Below are positions 8,664 to 18,236 of a stretch of 32,000 nt of DNA, one piece after another. The notes beneath the pieces are model-generated. The model had not been told where the DNA came from. It worked only from the letters and a program-made list of their open reading frames with translations, and did not search any database. The translations under genes were made by a program, and so were the position numbers. Every line of letters begins with the position of its first letter. The first letter of the stretch is position 1. Where the stretch lies: NCBI RefSeq assembly GCF_000011805.1, contig NC_006840.2; one strand, written 5' to 3'. Source of the stretch: Aliivibrio fischeri ES114. GTDB lineage: Bacteria; Pseudomonadota; Gammaproteobacteria; Enterobacterales; Vibrionaceae.

Positions 8664-11243
8664 ATGTATATGAGCACTGACGAGATCCGCCGTGCGTTCC
8701 TTGCTTTTTTTGAAAGCAAAGGACACCAAATTGTTGAGAGTTCTTCTCTAGTTCCAGCAAACGATCCAACTCTTCTATTTACTAACGCCGGTATGAACCA
8801 ATTTAAAGATTGTTTCTTAGGTTCAGAGAAGCGTAACTATACTCGTGCAACAACAGCTCAACGCTGTGTTCGTGCTGGTGGTAAGCACAACGATTTAGAA
8901 AATGTTGGTTTCACTGCTCGTCACCATACATTTTTTGAAATGTTGGGTAACTTCAGCTTTGGTGATTACTTTAAGCAAGATGCTATTAAATACGCATGGG
9001 AATTCTTAACAGAACGTCTAGAGCTACCAGCTGATCGCTTATTAGTTACTGTTTATGAAACAGATGATGAAGCATTTGAAATCTGGAATAAAGAAATGGG
9101 TATTCCAGCTGATCGCATCGTACGTATTGGTGATAACAAAGGCGCACCATATGCTTCAGATAACTTCTGGCAAATGGGTGACACAGGTCCTTGTGGTCCT
9201 TGTACAGAAATCTTTTACGATCACGGTGAGCACATTTGGGGTGGTCGTCCAGGTACACCAGAAGAAGATGGTGACCGTTTTATCGAGATCTGGAACAACG
9301 TATTTATGCAGTTTAACCGTCATGCTGATGGCACGATGGAACCTTTACCAAAACCTTCTGTTGATACAGGTATGGGTATTGAGCGTATTGCTGCAATTAT
9401 GCAAGGTGTTCACTCAAACTACGAAATCGATATTTTCCAAACACTAATTAAAGAAGCGGCAAAAGTAATTGGTTACGATGATTTATCAAACCAATCTTTA
9501 CGTGTAGTAGCTGACCATATTCGTTCTTGTTCATACCTAATCGTTGATGGTGTTATGCCATCTAATGAAGGTCGTGGCTATGTGTTACGTCGTATTATTC
9601 GTCGTGCAGTACGTCATGGTAACAAGTTAGGTGCTAAAGGTTCTTACTTCTACAAACTGGTTGGCCCATTAGCTGAAATCATGGGTACAGCTGGTGAAGA
9701 ACTGAAAAAACAGCAAGCACTTGTTGAAAAAGTACTTAAGATTGAAGAAGAAAACTTTGGACGTACACTTGAGCGTGGTATGGCAATTCTAAATGAAGCG
9801 CTAGATAACCTTGAAGGTACAGTTCTTGATGGTGAAACTGTATTTAAATTGTATGACACATACGGTTTCCCAGCTGATTTAACCAACGATGTTGCTCGTG
9901 AGCGTGAATTAACTATCGATGAAGATGGTTTTGAAAAAGCGATGGAAGAACAACGTCAACGTGCACGTGAAGCGGGCCAATTTGGTACTGATTACAATGC
10001 AGTAATCAAAGTAGAATCTGAAACTGTATTCCATGGTTATGATTCGACTGAAGCAAAAGCATCAGTAGTTGCATTATTCCGTGAAGGTGAAGAAGTTGAT
10101 GCTTTATCAGCAGGTGATGATGCGATTCTAATTTTGGATCAAACACCTTTCTACGCTGAGTCAGGCGGTCAATGTGGTGATGCAGGTATTATCACAGTTG
10201 AAACGGGTAAGTTTGTTGTTACCGATACACATAAAATCGGTAATGCGATTGGTCACCATGGTAAATTAGTAGAAGGTGTTCTATCTAAAGCTGATCATGC
10301 GATGGCTCAAGTTGATGAGACTCGTCGCGCAGCGATTATCTTAAACCACTCAGCAACGCACTTATTACACGCAGCACTTCGTCAAGTGTTAGGTGAACAC
10401 GTAACGCAAAAAGGTTCATTAGTTAAAGCTGAGAACCTACGTTTTGACTTCTCACACCTTGAAGCGGTTAAAGCTGAAGAATTGCGTCAGGTTGAACGTA
10501 TTGTTAACCAACAAATTCGTTTAAATCACACAATTGAAACTGACCTAATGGATATCGATGCGGCGAAAGAAAAAGGCGCAATGGCTCTATTTGGTGAAAA
10601 ATACGATGATGAAGTTCGAGTTCTTTCTATGGGAGAGTTCTCAACTGAACTATGTGGTGGTATTCACGCATCAAGCACTGGTGATATTGGTCTATTTAAG
10701 ATCACATCAGAAGGTGGTATTGCTGCAGGTATCCGTCGTATTGAAGCAGTTACAGGTGAAGCAGCATTAGATGCAATCGAAGCTCAACAAAAAGCGGCAG
10801 ATAAAAAGCTAAATGAAGCAGCATCAAAAGCAAAACAACTTGAAAAAGAAATTCAACAACTTAAAGATAAGTTAGCGTCTCAAGAAAGTGCTAGCCTTAT
10901 CAATAAAGTACAAGAAATTGCAGGAACAAAAGTACTTGTTGCTCAATTAGATGGTGCAGAAAATAAAGCACTTCGCGGTATGGTTGATGAACTTAAGAAC
11001 CAAATCGGTAGCGGCATTATTATGTTAGGTAATGTTAGTGAAGGTAAAGTTGGTTTAATTGCTGGTGTAACAAAAGATCTTATTGGCCAAGTTAAAGCGG
11101 GTGAATTAGTGAATATGGTTGCACAGCAAGTTGGTGGTAAAGGCGGCGGTCGTCCAGATATGGCTCAAGCTGGCGGTACTGATGCTGAAGCATTACCAAA
11201 TGCACTTGCTTCTGTTGAAGCTTGGCTAACTGAGCGTCTATAA
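8664..11243 (+). CDS. alaS: Alanine--tRNA ligase
   Basis: [49 protein letters not shown]; AGGA RBS at 8652. The track start at 8541 is an over-extension. Confidence 0.97.
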   Translation: MYMSTDEIRRAFLAFFESKGHQIVESSSLVPANDPTLLFTNAGMNQFKDCFLGSEKRNYTRATTAQRCVRAGGKHNDLENVGFTARHHTFFEMLGNFSFGDYFKQDAIKYAWEFLTERLELPADRLLVTVYETDDEAFEIWNKEMGIPADRIVRIGDNKGAPYASDNFWQMGDTGPCGPCTEIFYDHGEHIWGGRPGTPEEDGDRFIEIWNNVFMQFNRHADGTMEPLPKPSVDTGMGIERIAAIMQGVHSNYEIDIFQTLIKEAAKVIGYDDLSNQSLRVVADHIRSCSYLIVDGVMPSNEGRGYVLRRIIRRAVRHGNKLGAKGSYFYKLVGPLAEIMGTAGEELKKQQALVEKVLKIEEENFGRTLERGMAILNEALDNLEGTVLDGETVFKLYDTYGFPADLTNDVARERELTIDEDGFEKAMEEQRQRAREAGQFGTDYNAVIKVESETVFHGYDSTEAKASVVALFREGEEVDALSAGDDAILILDQTPFYAESGGQCGDAGIITVETGKFVVTDTHKIGNAIGHHGKLVEGVLSKADHAMAQVDETRRAAIILNHSATHLLHAALRQVLGEHVTQKGSLVKAENLRFDFSHLEAVKAEELRQVERIVNQQIRLNHTIETDLMDIDAAKEKGAMALFGEKYDDEVRVLSMGEFSTELCGGIHASSTGDIGLFKITSEGGIAAGIRRIEAVTGEAALDAIEAQQKAADKKLNEAASKAKQLEKEIQQLKDKLASQESASLINKVQEIAGTKVLVAQLDGAENKALRGMVDELKNQIGSGIIMLGNVSEGKVGLIAGVTKDLIGQVKAGELVNMVAQQVGGKGGGRPDMAQAGGTDAEALPNALASVEAWLTERL

Positions 11244-11255
11244 TAGGTCGTATCA

Positions 11256-12425
11256 GTGGCATTAATCGTACAAAAGTATGGTGGTACATCAGTTGGATCC
11301 GTTGAACGGATCCAATCTGTTTCCGAACGTATCATATCAACACTGCAGCAAGGGCATGATGTCGTTGTTGCGGTTTCTGCCATGGCAGGAGAAACAAACC
11401 GACTATTGCATTTAGCAAATCAAATAAGTGAGGTACCTGAACCTCGTGAATTAGATATGTTACTTTCAGCTGGTGAACAAGTTTCTATTGCGTTATTGGC
11501 AATGTCTTTAAATCAAAAGGGCATAAAAGCAATATCACTAACCGCTGACCAAGCGGGCATTCATACGAATAACTCATTCAATGATGCGACAATTAAGCAT
11601 ATTGAAACGGATCTTATCACTCAGTGGGTAGATAAAGGGTATGTCGTTATTGTAGCTGGGTTCCAAGGTCGAGATGACCAAGGTAACATTACTACATTAG
11701 GTCGAGGTGGTTCCGATACCACAGCAGTAGCGCTTGCCGCTGCACTAGATGCTGATGAGTGCCAGATTTTTACTGATGTTGATGGGGTATATACCTCTGA
11801 TCCTCGTTTTGTATCTAATACCCGCCGTTTAGAAGAAGTTTCTTTTTCTGATATGCATGCACTAGCAAAATCTGGAGCCAAAGTTCTTCAAGAGCATTCT
11901 GTCGCTCATGCTTGGAATTCATCGGTAGCATTGAGGGTACTATCCTCATTTGAAGATGGCGAAGGAACGTTAATTTGTGAGAATCCTAAACAACCTTTAG
12001 CGGTTACTGGATTAGCACTCAAACAAGATTTATCTTTGGTTGAATGTGAGAATATTTCAAGCGAAGAGCAAGCAGAACTCTATAAACAGTATAGAGTGTT
12101 AAATGAAAGATGTGATTGTTTTCAAATTGTTGTACCTAAAGCGACTTTTTTACAATTGAAGCTGGCATTTGATACTAAAATACGCAATATTAGTAGCTTA
12201 TCAATTCTGACGTTAGTCGGAGATAATGTTGAAGGGATGGCAGAGTCTGCTTGCAATCAACTATTGGCAAATGATATTGATGTTCATCAATATGATATTG
12301 AGCCAAAAAGTGTGTCGGTTATCGTAAATCAAGCTGATTTACACCGAGCGGCCGAAATTTTACATAAAACGTTTGTTATTACAGAGCAATCGCAAGATAA
12401 TGATCTTTTGGTCGCTGTTTCTTGA
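11256..12425 (+). CDS. lysC: Monofunctional aspartate kinase (LysC type)
   Basis: 389 aa, GTG start; MALIVQKYGGTSVGSVERI, GRGGSDTTAVALAAAL, FTDVDGVYTSDPR. Confidence 0.88.
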   Translation: MALIVQKYGGTSVGSVERIQSVSERIISTLQQGHDVVVAVSAMAGETNRLLHLANQISEVPEPRELDMLLSAGEQVSIALLAMSLNQKGIKAISLTADQAGIHTNNSFNDATIKHIETDLITQWVDKGYVVIVAGFQGRDDQGNITTLGRGGSDTTAVALAAALDADECQIFTDVDGVYTSDPRFVSNTRRLEEVSFSDMHALAKSGAKVLQEHSVAHAWNSSVALRVLSSFEDGEGTLICENPKQPLAVTGLALKQDLSLVECENISSEEQAELYKQYRVLNERCDCFQIVVPKATFLQLKLAFDTKIRNISSLSILTLVGDNVEGMAESACNQLLANDIDVHQYDIEPKSVSVIVNQADLHRAAEILHKTFVITEQSQDNDLLVAVS

Positions 12426-12506
12426 GCAAAGACGTTTATGAAAATAAGCGATAACGGACGATACATACATTTATTATAATACTGAGATAACTCAAGGAGC
12501 ATTCGA

Positions 12507-12704
12507 ATGCTAATTTTGACTCGCCGTGTAGGTGAAACTCTGATGATTGGTGACGAAGTAACAGTTACTGTACTAGGCGTTAAAGGCAACCAAGTACGTA
12601 TTGGTGTAAATGCACCTAAAGAAGTATCTGTTCACCGTGAAGAGATTTATATGCGCATTCAAGCGGAAAAAGGTACACCTGCGGCTTCGCAAGGTAACTT
12701 TTAA
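12507..12704 (+). CDS. csrA: Carbon storage regulator CsrA
   Basis: 65 aa; [48 protein letters not shown], with AAGGAG RBS. Confidence 0.98.
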   Translation: MLILTRRVGETLMIGDEVTVTVLGVKGNQVRIGVNAPKEVSVHREEIYMRIQAEKGTPAASQGNF

Positions 12705-12718
12705 TTTCGTATGAATAT

Positions 12719-12747
12719 AGGCTGGCATTGTCAGCCTTGTTTGTTTT
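12719..12747 (+). terminator. Terminator downstream of csrA
   Basis: AGGCTG-gcattgt-CAGCCT followed by T-rich tract. Confidence 0.6.
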
Positions 12748-12919
12748 TGTCTTTTACTCATTGATAAAAATGAACAAAATAAGAGACACAAATTCGGTAT
12801 AACGTTTTATTTTTATCCATTTTGGTCGTTTCATAGACGGTTAAACGAAAAAGCGTTATTTTTTACTAAGAAGTGATTGACATATTTTTGGTAAACCGTA
12901 ATATGTGCCTCCTCAAGAC

Positions 12920-13011
12920 GGTGAGGTGGCCGAGAGGCTGAAGGCGCTCCCCTGCTAAGGGAGTATACGGTTTATCCCGTATCGAGGGTTCGAATCCCTC
13001 CTTCACCGCCA
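12920..13011 (+). tRNA. tRNA-Ser(GCT)
   Basis: 92-nt cloverleaf with long variable arm; anticodon stem-loop CTCCC-CTGCTAA-GGGAG; acceptor GGTGAGG/CTTCACC; encoded CCA. Confidence 0.97.
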
Positions 13012-13064
13012 TTATTTGTTTATGTTGATATTTACTATCAGCAAAAACACAAAAGAATTATTGT

Positions 13065-13141
13065 GCGCTAGTAGCTCAGCTGGATAGAGTACCTGGCTAC
13101 GAACCAGGCGGTCAGAGGTTCGAATCCTCTCTGGCGCACCA
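13065..13141 (+). tRNA. tRNA-Arg(ACG), copy 1
   Basis: 77 nt; acceptor GCGCTAG/CTGGCGC, anticodon loop CTACGAA, TTCGAAT T-loop, encoded CCA. Confidence 0.97.
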
Positions 13142-13180
13142 TTAATTTAATTGATAGAATTTCTATCAGAAAAACAAGAC

Positions 13181-13272
13181 GGTGAGGTGGCCGAGAGGCT
13201 GAAGGCGCTCCCCTGCTAAGGGAGTATACGGTTTATCCCGTATCGAGGGTTCGAATCCCTCCTTCACCGCCA
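13181..13272 (+). tRNA. tRNA-Ser(GCT), second copy
   Basis: Identical to 12920-13011. Confidence 0.97.
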
Positions 13273-13322
13273 TTATTTATTGTTGTTGATATAAATCAGC
13301 AGCGATACAAAAGATTTATTGT

Positions 13323-13399
13323 GCGCTAGTAGCTCAGCTGGATAGAGTACCTGGCTACGAACCAGGCGGTCAGAGGTTCGAATCCTCTCTGGCGCACCA
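13323..13399 (+). tRNA. tRNA-Arg(ACG), copy 2
   Basis: Same 77-nt sequence as 13065-13141. Confidence 0.97.
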
Positions 13400-13466
13400 T
13401 TATTTCTTTTTGTAGTCATTTATTGGCGACAATAGAAGATTACAAAGACAATCAGAATTAAAGTGT

Positions 13467-13543
13467 GCGCTAGTAGCTCAGCTGGATAGAGTACCTGGCT
13501 ACGAACCAGGCGGTCAGAGGTTCGAATCCTCTCTGGCGCACCA
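13467..13543 (+). tRNA. tRNA-Arg(ACG), copy 3
   Basis: Same 77-nt sequence as 13065-13141. Confidence 0.97.
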
Positions 13544-13610
13544 TTATTTCTTTTTGTAGTCATTTATTGGTGACAATAGAAGATTACAAAGACAATCAGA
13601 ATTAAAGTGT

Positions 13611-13687
13611 GCGCTAGTAGCTCAGCTGGATAGAGTACCTGGCTACGAACCAGGCGGTCAGAGGTTCGAATCCTCTCTGGCGCACCA
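13611..13687 (+). tRNA. tRNA-Arg(ACG), copy 4
   Basis: Same 77-nt sequence as 13065-13141. Confidence 0.97.
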
Positions 13688-13754
13688 TTATTTCTTTTTG
13701 TAGTCATTTATTGGCGACAATAGAAGATTACAAAGACAATCAGAATTAAAGTGT

Positions 13755-13831
13755 GCGCTAGTAGCTCAGCTGGATAGAGTACCTGGCTACGAACCAGGCG
13801 GTCAGAGGTTCGAATCCTCTCTGGCGCACCA
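13755..13831 (+). tRNA. tRNA-Arg(ACG), copy 5
   Basis: Same 77-nt sequence as 13065-13141. Confidence 0.97.
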
Positions 13832-13898
13832 TTATTTCTTTTTGTAGTCATTTATTGGCGACAATAGAAGATTACAAAGACAATCAGAATTAAAGTGT

Positions 13899-13907
13899 GC
13901 GCTAGTA
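13899..13907 (+). pseudogene. 5' remnant (9 nt) of a disrupted tRNA-Arg(ACG)
   Basis: GCGCTAGTA in exact register with the 144-bp array, then the sequence diverges (AATCAGGTGAG instead of GCTCAGCTGG). Confidence 0.8.
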
Positions 13908-14047
13908 AATCAGGTGAGTAAACCACCCTTCTAACGACACTGGAGTGTGATGATGTAATCCTTTGTAGAACACCGTTATTGATTGGCAGTAACTTTGCTT
14001 GGGCACCTTTTTGAATGACATATACATGCTTAATATTAGACGCAGCT

Positions 14048-14286
14048 ATTCATGACGAGAGAATAGATCCTTCTGTTTAGAATAAAAGAACCAGTTCTGG
14101 TTATATTTCATACTAAATTGTACATGGTCAGCTATATCAAAAGGGGAGCATGATGACAGACATCGGAAGTCTATTATGGGAAGCAGCTACTCTCATGCTC
14201 ACAAGTATGTGCGCTGCGTTTGCGTATCTAACCATCCTAGTTGATCTAGTTCAACTCATGTCATAACTATTGCCTGTGGAGCTACC
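14048..14286 (+). pseudogene. Degenerate duplicate of the oadG upstream region and 5' coding part
   Basis: Gap-free alignment by eye to 14814-15052 (239 bp, about 27 mismatches, ~89% identity). Reads MTDIGSLLWEAATLMLTSMCAAFAYLTILVDLVQLMS* with an AAA->TAA premature stop. Confidence 0.9.
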
Positions 14287-14310
14287 GTTCGAATCCTCTG
14301 TTGCGCACCA
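14287..14310 (+). pseudogene. 3' remnant (T-loop and acceptor 3' strand plus CCA) of a disrupted tRNA-Arg
   Basis: GTTCGAATCCTCTGTTGCGCACCA vs intact GTTCGAATCCTCTCTGGCGCACCA; followed by a decayed version of the array spacer. Confidence 0.88.
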
Positions 14311-14377
14311 TTAGTTCTTGTTGTAGTCATTTATTGTCGACTATAGTAGATTACGTAGACCATCAGGAGTAAAGTGT

Positions 14378-14454
14378 GCGCTAGTAGCTCAGCTGGATAG
14401 AGTACCTGGCTACGAACCAGGCGGTCAGAGGTTCGAATCCTCTCTGGCGCACCA
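14378..14454 (+). tRNA. tRNA-Arg(ACG), copy 6
   Basis: Same 77-nt sequence as 13065-13141. Confidence 0.97.
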
Positions 14455-14518
14455 GTAGTTCTTTTTGTAGTCATTTGTTGGCGACCATAAAAGATTACCA
14501 AGACAATCAGAATTCTGT

Positions 14519-14595
14519 GCGCTAGTAGCTCAGCTGGATAGAGTACCTGGCTACGAACCAGGCGGTCAGAGGTTCGAATCCTCTCTGGCGCACCA
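14519..14595 (+). tRNA. tRNA-Arg(ACG), copy 7
   Basis: Same 77-nt sequence as 13065-13141. Confidence 0.97.
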
Positions 14596-14606
14596 TTCTT
14601 TAAAAG

Positions 14607-14633
14607 AACCCGATCATTTGATCGGGTTTTTTT
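14607..14633 (+). terminator. Rho-independent terminator of the tRNA cluster
   Basis: AACCCGATCA-tt-TGATCGGGTT followed by T-run. Confidence 0.9.
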
Positions 14634-14918
14634 ATGTCTGAAAGATAAATAGTTAATCAAATTGGTTGTTTTTAAATCGATTGATTATTCGTTATTGTTA
14701 GGTAACTTGATTGTAATCAGGTTATTTTAAAGAGAAAAGTGGCAGTGTATGGATATAACTCGCCATGATCTTCTTTTTTAAAAAGATTTCGTTGATTCAT
14801 ATTTGACAAATATATTCATGACGAGATAATTGATCCTTCTTTTTAGAATAAAAGAACCATTTTTGTATAAATTTCATACTAAATTTTACATTGTCACTAT
14901 CATCAAAAGGGAAGCAAG

Positions 14919-15170
14919 ATGACAGACATTGGAAGTCTATTATGGGAAGCAGCTACGCTCATGCTTACAGGTATGTGCGTTGTGTTTGCGTTCCTAACCA
15001 TCCTAGTTTATCTAGTTCAACTCATGTCAAAACTATTGCCTGTGGAGCTACCTCCAAAGCAAGCATTAGCTGTTCAAAAAGTTCAGAATCCCGATCAAAC
15101 AACAGTGCAGCCTCAGATAATTGCTGCAATTTCTGCTGCGATTAAATTACACCGCGAAAAGAATAAATAA
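14919..15170 (+). CDS. oadG: Oxaloacetate decarboxylase / Na+ pump gamma subunit
   Basis: 83 aa; MTDIGSLLWEAATLMLTGMCVVFAFLTILVYLVQLMSKLLP, directly upstream of oadA and oadB. Confidence 0.9.
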   Translation: MTDIGSLLWEAATLMLTGMCVVFAFLTILVYLVQLMSKLLPVELPPKQALAVQKVQNPDQTTVQPQIIAAISAAIKLHREKNK

Positions 15171-15206
15171 CTGTTTTAGGAAAATTATTACAAGGAGTTT
15201 GTAAGC

Positions 15207-16994
15207 ATGTCTAAACCACTTTCTATCACTGATGTGGTACTTCGTGACGCCCATCAATCACTATTTGCAACACGTATGCGTGTTGAAGATATGTTACCGA
15301 TTGCAGAACAGTTGGATAAAATTGGTTATTGGTCTCTAGAAACTTGGGGAGGCGCAACATTTGATTCTTGTATTCGTTATCTAGGAGAAGATCCGTGGGA
15401 GCGTTTACGATTATTAAAAAAAGCCATGCCAAATACACCAATGCAAATGCTTTTACGTGGTCAAAACTTATTAGGTTATCGTCACTATGCCGATGATGTA
15501 GTTGAGAAGTTTGTTGAGCGAGCACATGCAAATGGAATGGATGTATTCCGTATTTTTGATGCAATGAACGATGTAAGAAACTTTCAAAAAGCGGTAAAAG
15601 CGACAATCGACGTAGGCGCTCATGCACAAGGTACGCTTTCATACACAACAAGTCCTGTTCATAATACCGATACTTGGGTCGATTTAGCCAAACGCCTAGA
15701 AGATTTAGGTTGTCACTCTCTATGTATAAAAGACATGTCGGGTTTGCTTAAACCTTATGAAGCTGAAGAGTTAATCACTCGAATTAAGGCATCCTGTGAT
15801 GTGCCTTTAGCTCTGCATAGCCATGCAACAACTGGACTTTCTACCGCAACAGCAATTAAAGCTGTAGAAGCTGGTATTGATATTCTTGATACGGCTATTT
15901 CTTCAATGAGTCAAACTTATGGTCATACACCAACAGAAACCGTTGTTGCTATGTTAGAAGAAACTGGACGTGATACTAATCTGAAATTAGATCAATTAGC
16001 ACCTATTGCTAGTTATTTCCGAGAAGTTCGTAAAAAATATGCAAAATTTGAAGGTCAACTAAAAGGGGTTGATTCACGAATTCTTATTGCTCAAGTTCCG
16101 GGTGGCATGCTGACTAATATGGAAAGCCAACTTAAAGAGCAAGGTGCTGCTGATAAGATGGATGAAGTTTTAGCAGAGATCCCTAAAGTGCGTAAAGATC
16201 TTGGTTATATTCCACTAGTAACGCCAACTTCTCAAATTGTGGGAACACAAGCGGTGATTAATGTTCTTACTGGAGAGCGTTATAAGAGCATAACAAAAGA
16301 AACTGCTGGTGTACTGAAAGGGGAATACGGTGCAGCCCCTGCTGAGGTTAATGCTGAGTTACAAGCTCGAGTTCTTGATGGTAAAGAAGCGGTAACTTGT
16401 CGTCCTGCTGATCTTTTAAAAGCGGAACTTCATACATTAACTGATGAGTTACTGGAAAAAGCGAAAGAAGAGAATATTGAACTTGCTGAGCAACAAGTTG
16501 ATGATGTTTTAACTTATGCATTATTCCCTCAAGTTGGTTTGAAATTCCTTAAAAACCGTAATAATCCAGAGGCATTTGAACCCGCTCCAGGTACTGAAAA
16601 AGAAGCAGAGAAGGAAGAGGTCAAAGTCTCTGCGGCTAAAGGCAGTGTTGAAGCCTATAGCGTAAAAGTGGATGGGCAAGTATATAACGTTGAAGTTGGT
16701 CCTCAGGGAGTTATCTCTTCTGTTGAACAAATTTCAGCGCAAGCTGCTCCAGTTCAATCACCGCAACTTTCTGCAATGGATGCTGAATCTGTTGATGCTC
16801 CATTGGCAGGCAATATCTTTAAGGTATTAGTGCAAGCAGGTGCAGAAGTTGTTGAAGGTGATGTATTACTTATTCTTGAAGCAATGAAAATGGAAACAGA
16901 AATCAAAGCTTCACGTAGTGGTACAGTGCAAGATATTTTAACTAAAGAAGGTGATGCGGTTACTGTTGGTACACCGTTACTTTCTCTAGCGTAG
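15207..16994 (+). CDS. oadA: Oxaloacetate decarboxylase alpha subunit (biotin carrier)
   Basis: 595 aa; [19 protein letters not shown] and C-terminal biotinylation motif [10 protein letters not shown]. Confidence 0.95.
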   Translation: MSKPLSITDVVLRDAHQSLFATRMRVEDMLPIAEQLDKIGYWSLETWGGATFDSCIRYLGEDPWERLRLLKKAMPNTPMQMLLRGQNLLGYRHYADDVVEKFVERAHANGMDVFRIFDAMNDVRNFQKAVKATIDVGAHAQGTLSYTTSPVHNTDTWVDLAKRLEDLGCHSLCIKDMSGLLKPYEAEELITRIKASCDVPLALHSHATTGLSTATAIKAVEAGIDILDTAISSMSQTYGHTPTETVVAMLEETGRDTNLKLDQLAPIASYFREVRKKYAKFEGQLKGVDSRILIAQVPGGMLTNMESQLKEQGAADKMDEVLAEIPKVRKDLGYIPLVTPTSQIVGTQAVINVLTGERYKSITKETAGVLKGEYGAAPAEVNAELQARVLDGKEAVTCRPADLLKAELHTLTDELLEKAKEENIELAEQQVDDVLTYALFPQVGLKFLKNRNNPEAFEPAPGTEKEAEKEEVKVSAAKGSVEAYSVKVDGQVYNVEVGPQGVISSVEQISAQAAPVQSPQLSAMDAESVDAPLAGNIFKVLVQAGAEVVEGDVLLILEAMKMETEIKASRSGTVQDILTKEGDAVTVGTPLLSLA

Positions 16995-17009
16995 ATGTAG
17001 GTATAAAAC

Positions 17010-18140
17010 ATGGATGGTTTATTAACATTATGGAATGAAACAGCCATTGCCAATTTTAAGTTTGAGCAACTTATTATGATGGCTGTGGGTTGTGGTTTGC
17101 TCTTCTTAGCAATAAAAAAAGGGTTTGAGCCGCTATTATTATTACCTATTGGATTTGGTGCAATTTTAGCAAACATTCCTAATGCAGGTTTTACAGATCC
17201 TGGCGGACTGCTTTACTACGTTTATTACGTAGGGATTGAAACAGGAATATTCCCGTTACTTATCTTTATGGGCGTAGGAGCGATGACGGACTTTGGTGCC
17301 TTAATTGCTAACCCTAAAACATTATGGTTAGGCGCAGCTGCTCAAGTCGGTATTTTTGCCACGTTGTTTGGTGCAATTTTACTTAACTATGTACCAGGAA
17401 TGGAGTTTACACTAGCTGACGCTTCTTCCATTGCGATTATTGGTGGAGCTGATGGTCCAACGGCAATCTTTTTGTCTAGCCAGTTATCACCAGATCTATT
17501 AGGTGCAATAGCGGTTGCTGCCTATAGCTATATGGCATTAGTGCCTATTATCCAGCCACCAATTATGAAAGCACTGACGACACCTGAAGAGCGCCAAATT
17601 AAAATGGCTCAATTGCGTCATGTTGGTAAAGCTGAGAAGATACTATTTCCATTAGCGGTATTACTAATGACTATTTTATTCTTACCATCTGCGACGCCAC
17701 TTGTTGGTATGTTTTGCTTAGGTAATTTAATGAAAGAGTCTGGTGTGGTTGATCGTTTATCAAGTACTGCTCAAAATGAATTAATTAATATTGTTACGAT
17801 CTTCTTAGGGCTAGGTGTTGGATCTAAGCTAAAAGCGGATACCTTCTTAAATGTAGAGACATTAGGTATTTTGGCTCTTGGTGCTGTTGCTTTTAGTATT
17901 GGTACAGCAGGTGGTGTCATTATGGCTAAGGTTCTTAATAAGTTCTCGAAAGAAGATATTAACCCATTAATCGGTGCAGCAGGTGTATCTGCCGTTCCAA
18001 TGGCGGCTCGTGTGGTTAATAAAGTTGGTCTTGAGGCTAATCCTCAAAACTTCTTGTTAATGCATGCTATGGGGCCAAATGTAGCGGGTGTGCTTGGTTC
18101 TGCTGTTGCTGCAGGTATACTTCTTGCGCTAGTTGGTTAA
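17010..18140 (+). CDS. oadB: Oxaloacetate decarboxylase beta subunit (Na+ pump membrane subunit)
   Basis: 376 aa; [68 protein letters not shown]. Confidence 0.95.
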   Translation: MDGLLTLWNETAIANFKFEQLIMMAVGCGLLFLAIKKGFEPLLLLPIGFGAILANIPNAGFTDPGGLLYYVYYVGIETGIFPLLIFMGVGAMTDFGALIANPKTLWLGAAAQVGIFATLFGAILLNYVPGMEFTLADASSIAIIGGADGPTAIFLSSQLSPDLLGAIAVAAYSYMALVPIIQPPIMKALTTPEERQIKMAQLRHVGKAEKILFPLAVLLMTILFLPSATPLVGMFCLGNLMKESGVVDRLSSTAQNELINIVTIFLGLGVGSKLKADTFLNVETLGILALGAVAFSIGTAGGVIMAKVLNKFSKEDINPLIGAAGVSAVPMAARVVNKVGLEANPQNFLLMHAMGPNVAGVLGSAVAAGILLALVG

Positions 18141-18161
18141 TTTTGAACAAAACCTAACAAT

Positions 18162-18187
18162 AAAAGGGTGCTGATGCGCCCTTTTTT
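18162..18187 (+). terminator. Terminator downstream of the oad operon
   Basis: AAAAGGGTGC-tgat-GCGCCCTTTTTT. Confidence 0.75.
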
Positions 18188-18236
18188 ATTTTATGCTTAC
18201 TGTTATCTTAGTATTTATAATGGAATAAATTCAATC

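Larger units (their letters stand above)
13323..13907 (+). repeat. Direct tandem repeat, 144-bp unit (77-nt tRNA-Arg + 67-bp spacer), 4 units plus the first 9 nt of a fifth
   Basis: tRNA starts at 13323, 13467, 13611, 13755 and fragment at 13899 are exactly 144 bp apart. Spacers 'ttatttctttttgtagtcatttattgg(c/t)gacaatagaagattacaaagacaatcagaattaaagtgt' are nearly identical. Confidence 0.95.

Noticed and set aside
9055-9447. 130-aa plus-strand ORF inside alaS
   Set aside because: Alternative-frame shadow ORF of a strongly conserved gene; low-complexity basic/hydrophobic content.
13323-13907. Regularly spaced repeats resembling a CRISPR-like array
   Set aside because: The repeats are 77-nt tRNA genes with near-identical, non-unique 67-bp spacers and no cas genes nearby; it is a tRNA tandem array.
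14287-14310. tRNA 3' end fragment as a phage/integrative element att site
   Set aside because: The sequence next to it is an oadG duplicate, with no integrase or cargo genes; a rearrangement fits better than site-specific integration.
14331-14660. 109-aa minus-strand ORF containing repeated GAPERIRTSDRLVRSQVLYPAELLAH
   Set aside because: It is the antisense translation of the tRNA-Arg genes at 14378-14454 and 14519-14595, a well-known type of spurious annotation.
15226-15651. 141-aa minus-strand ORF inside oadA
   Set aside because: Antisense shadow ORF of oadA with no recognisable domain.
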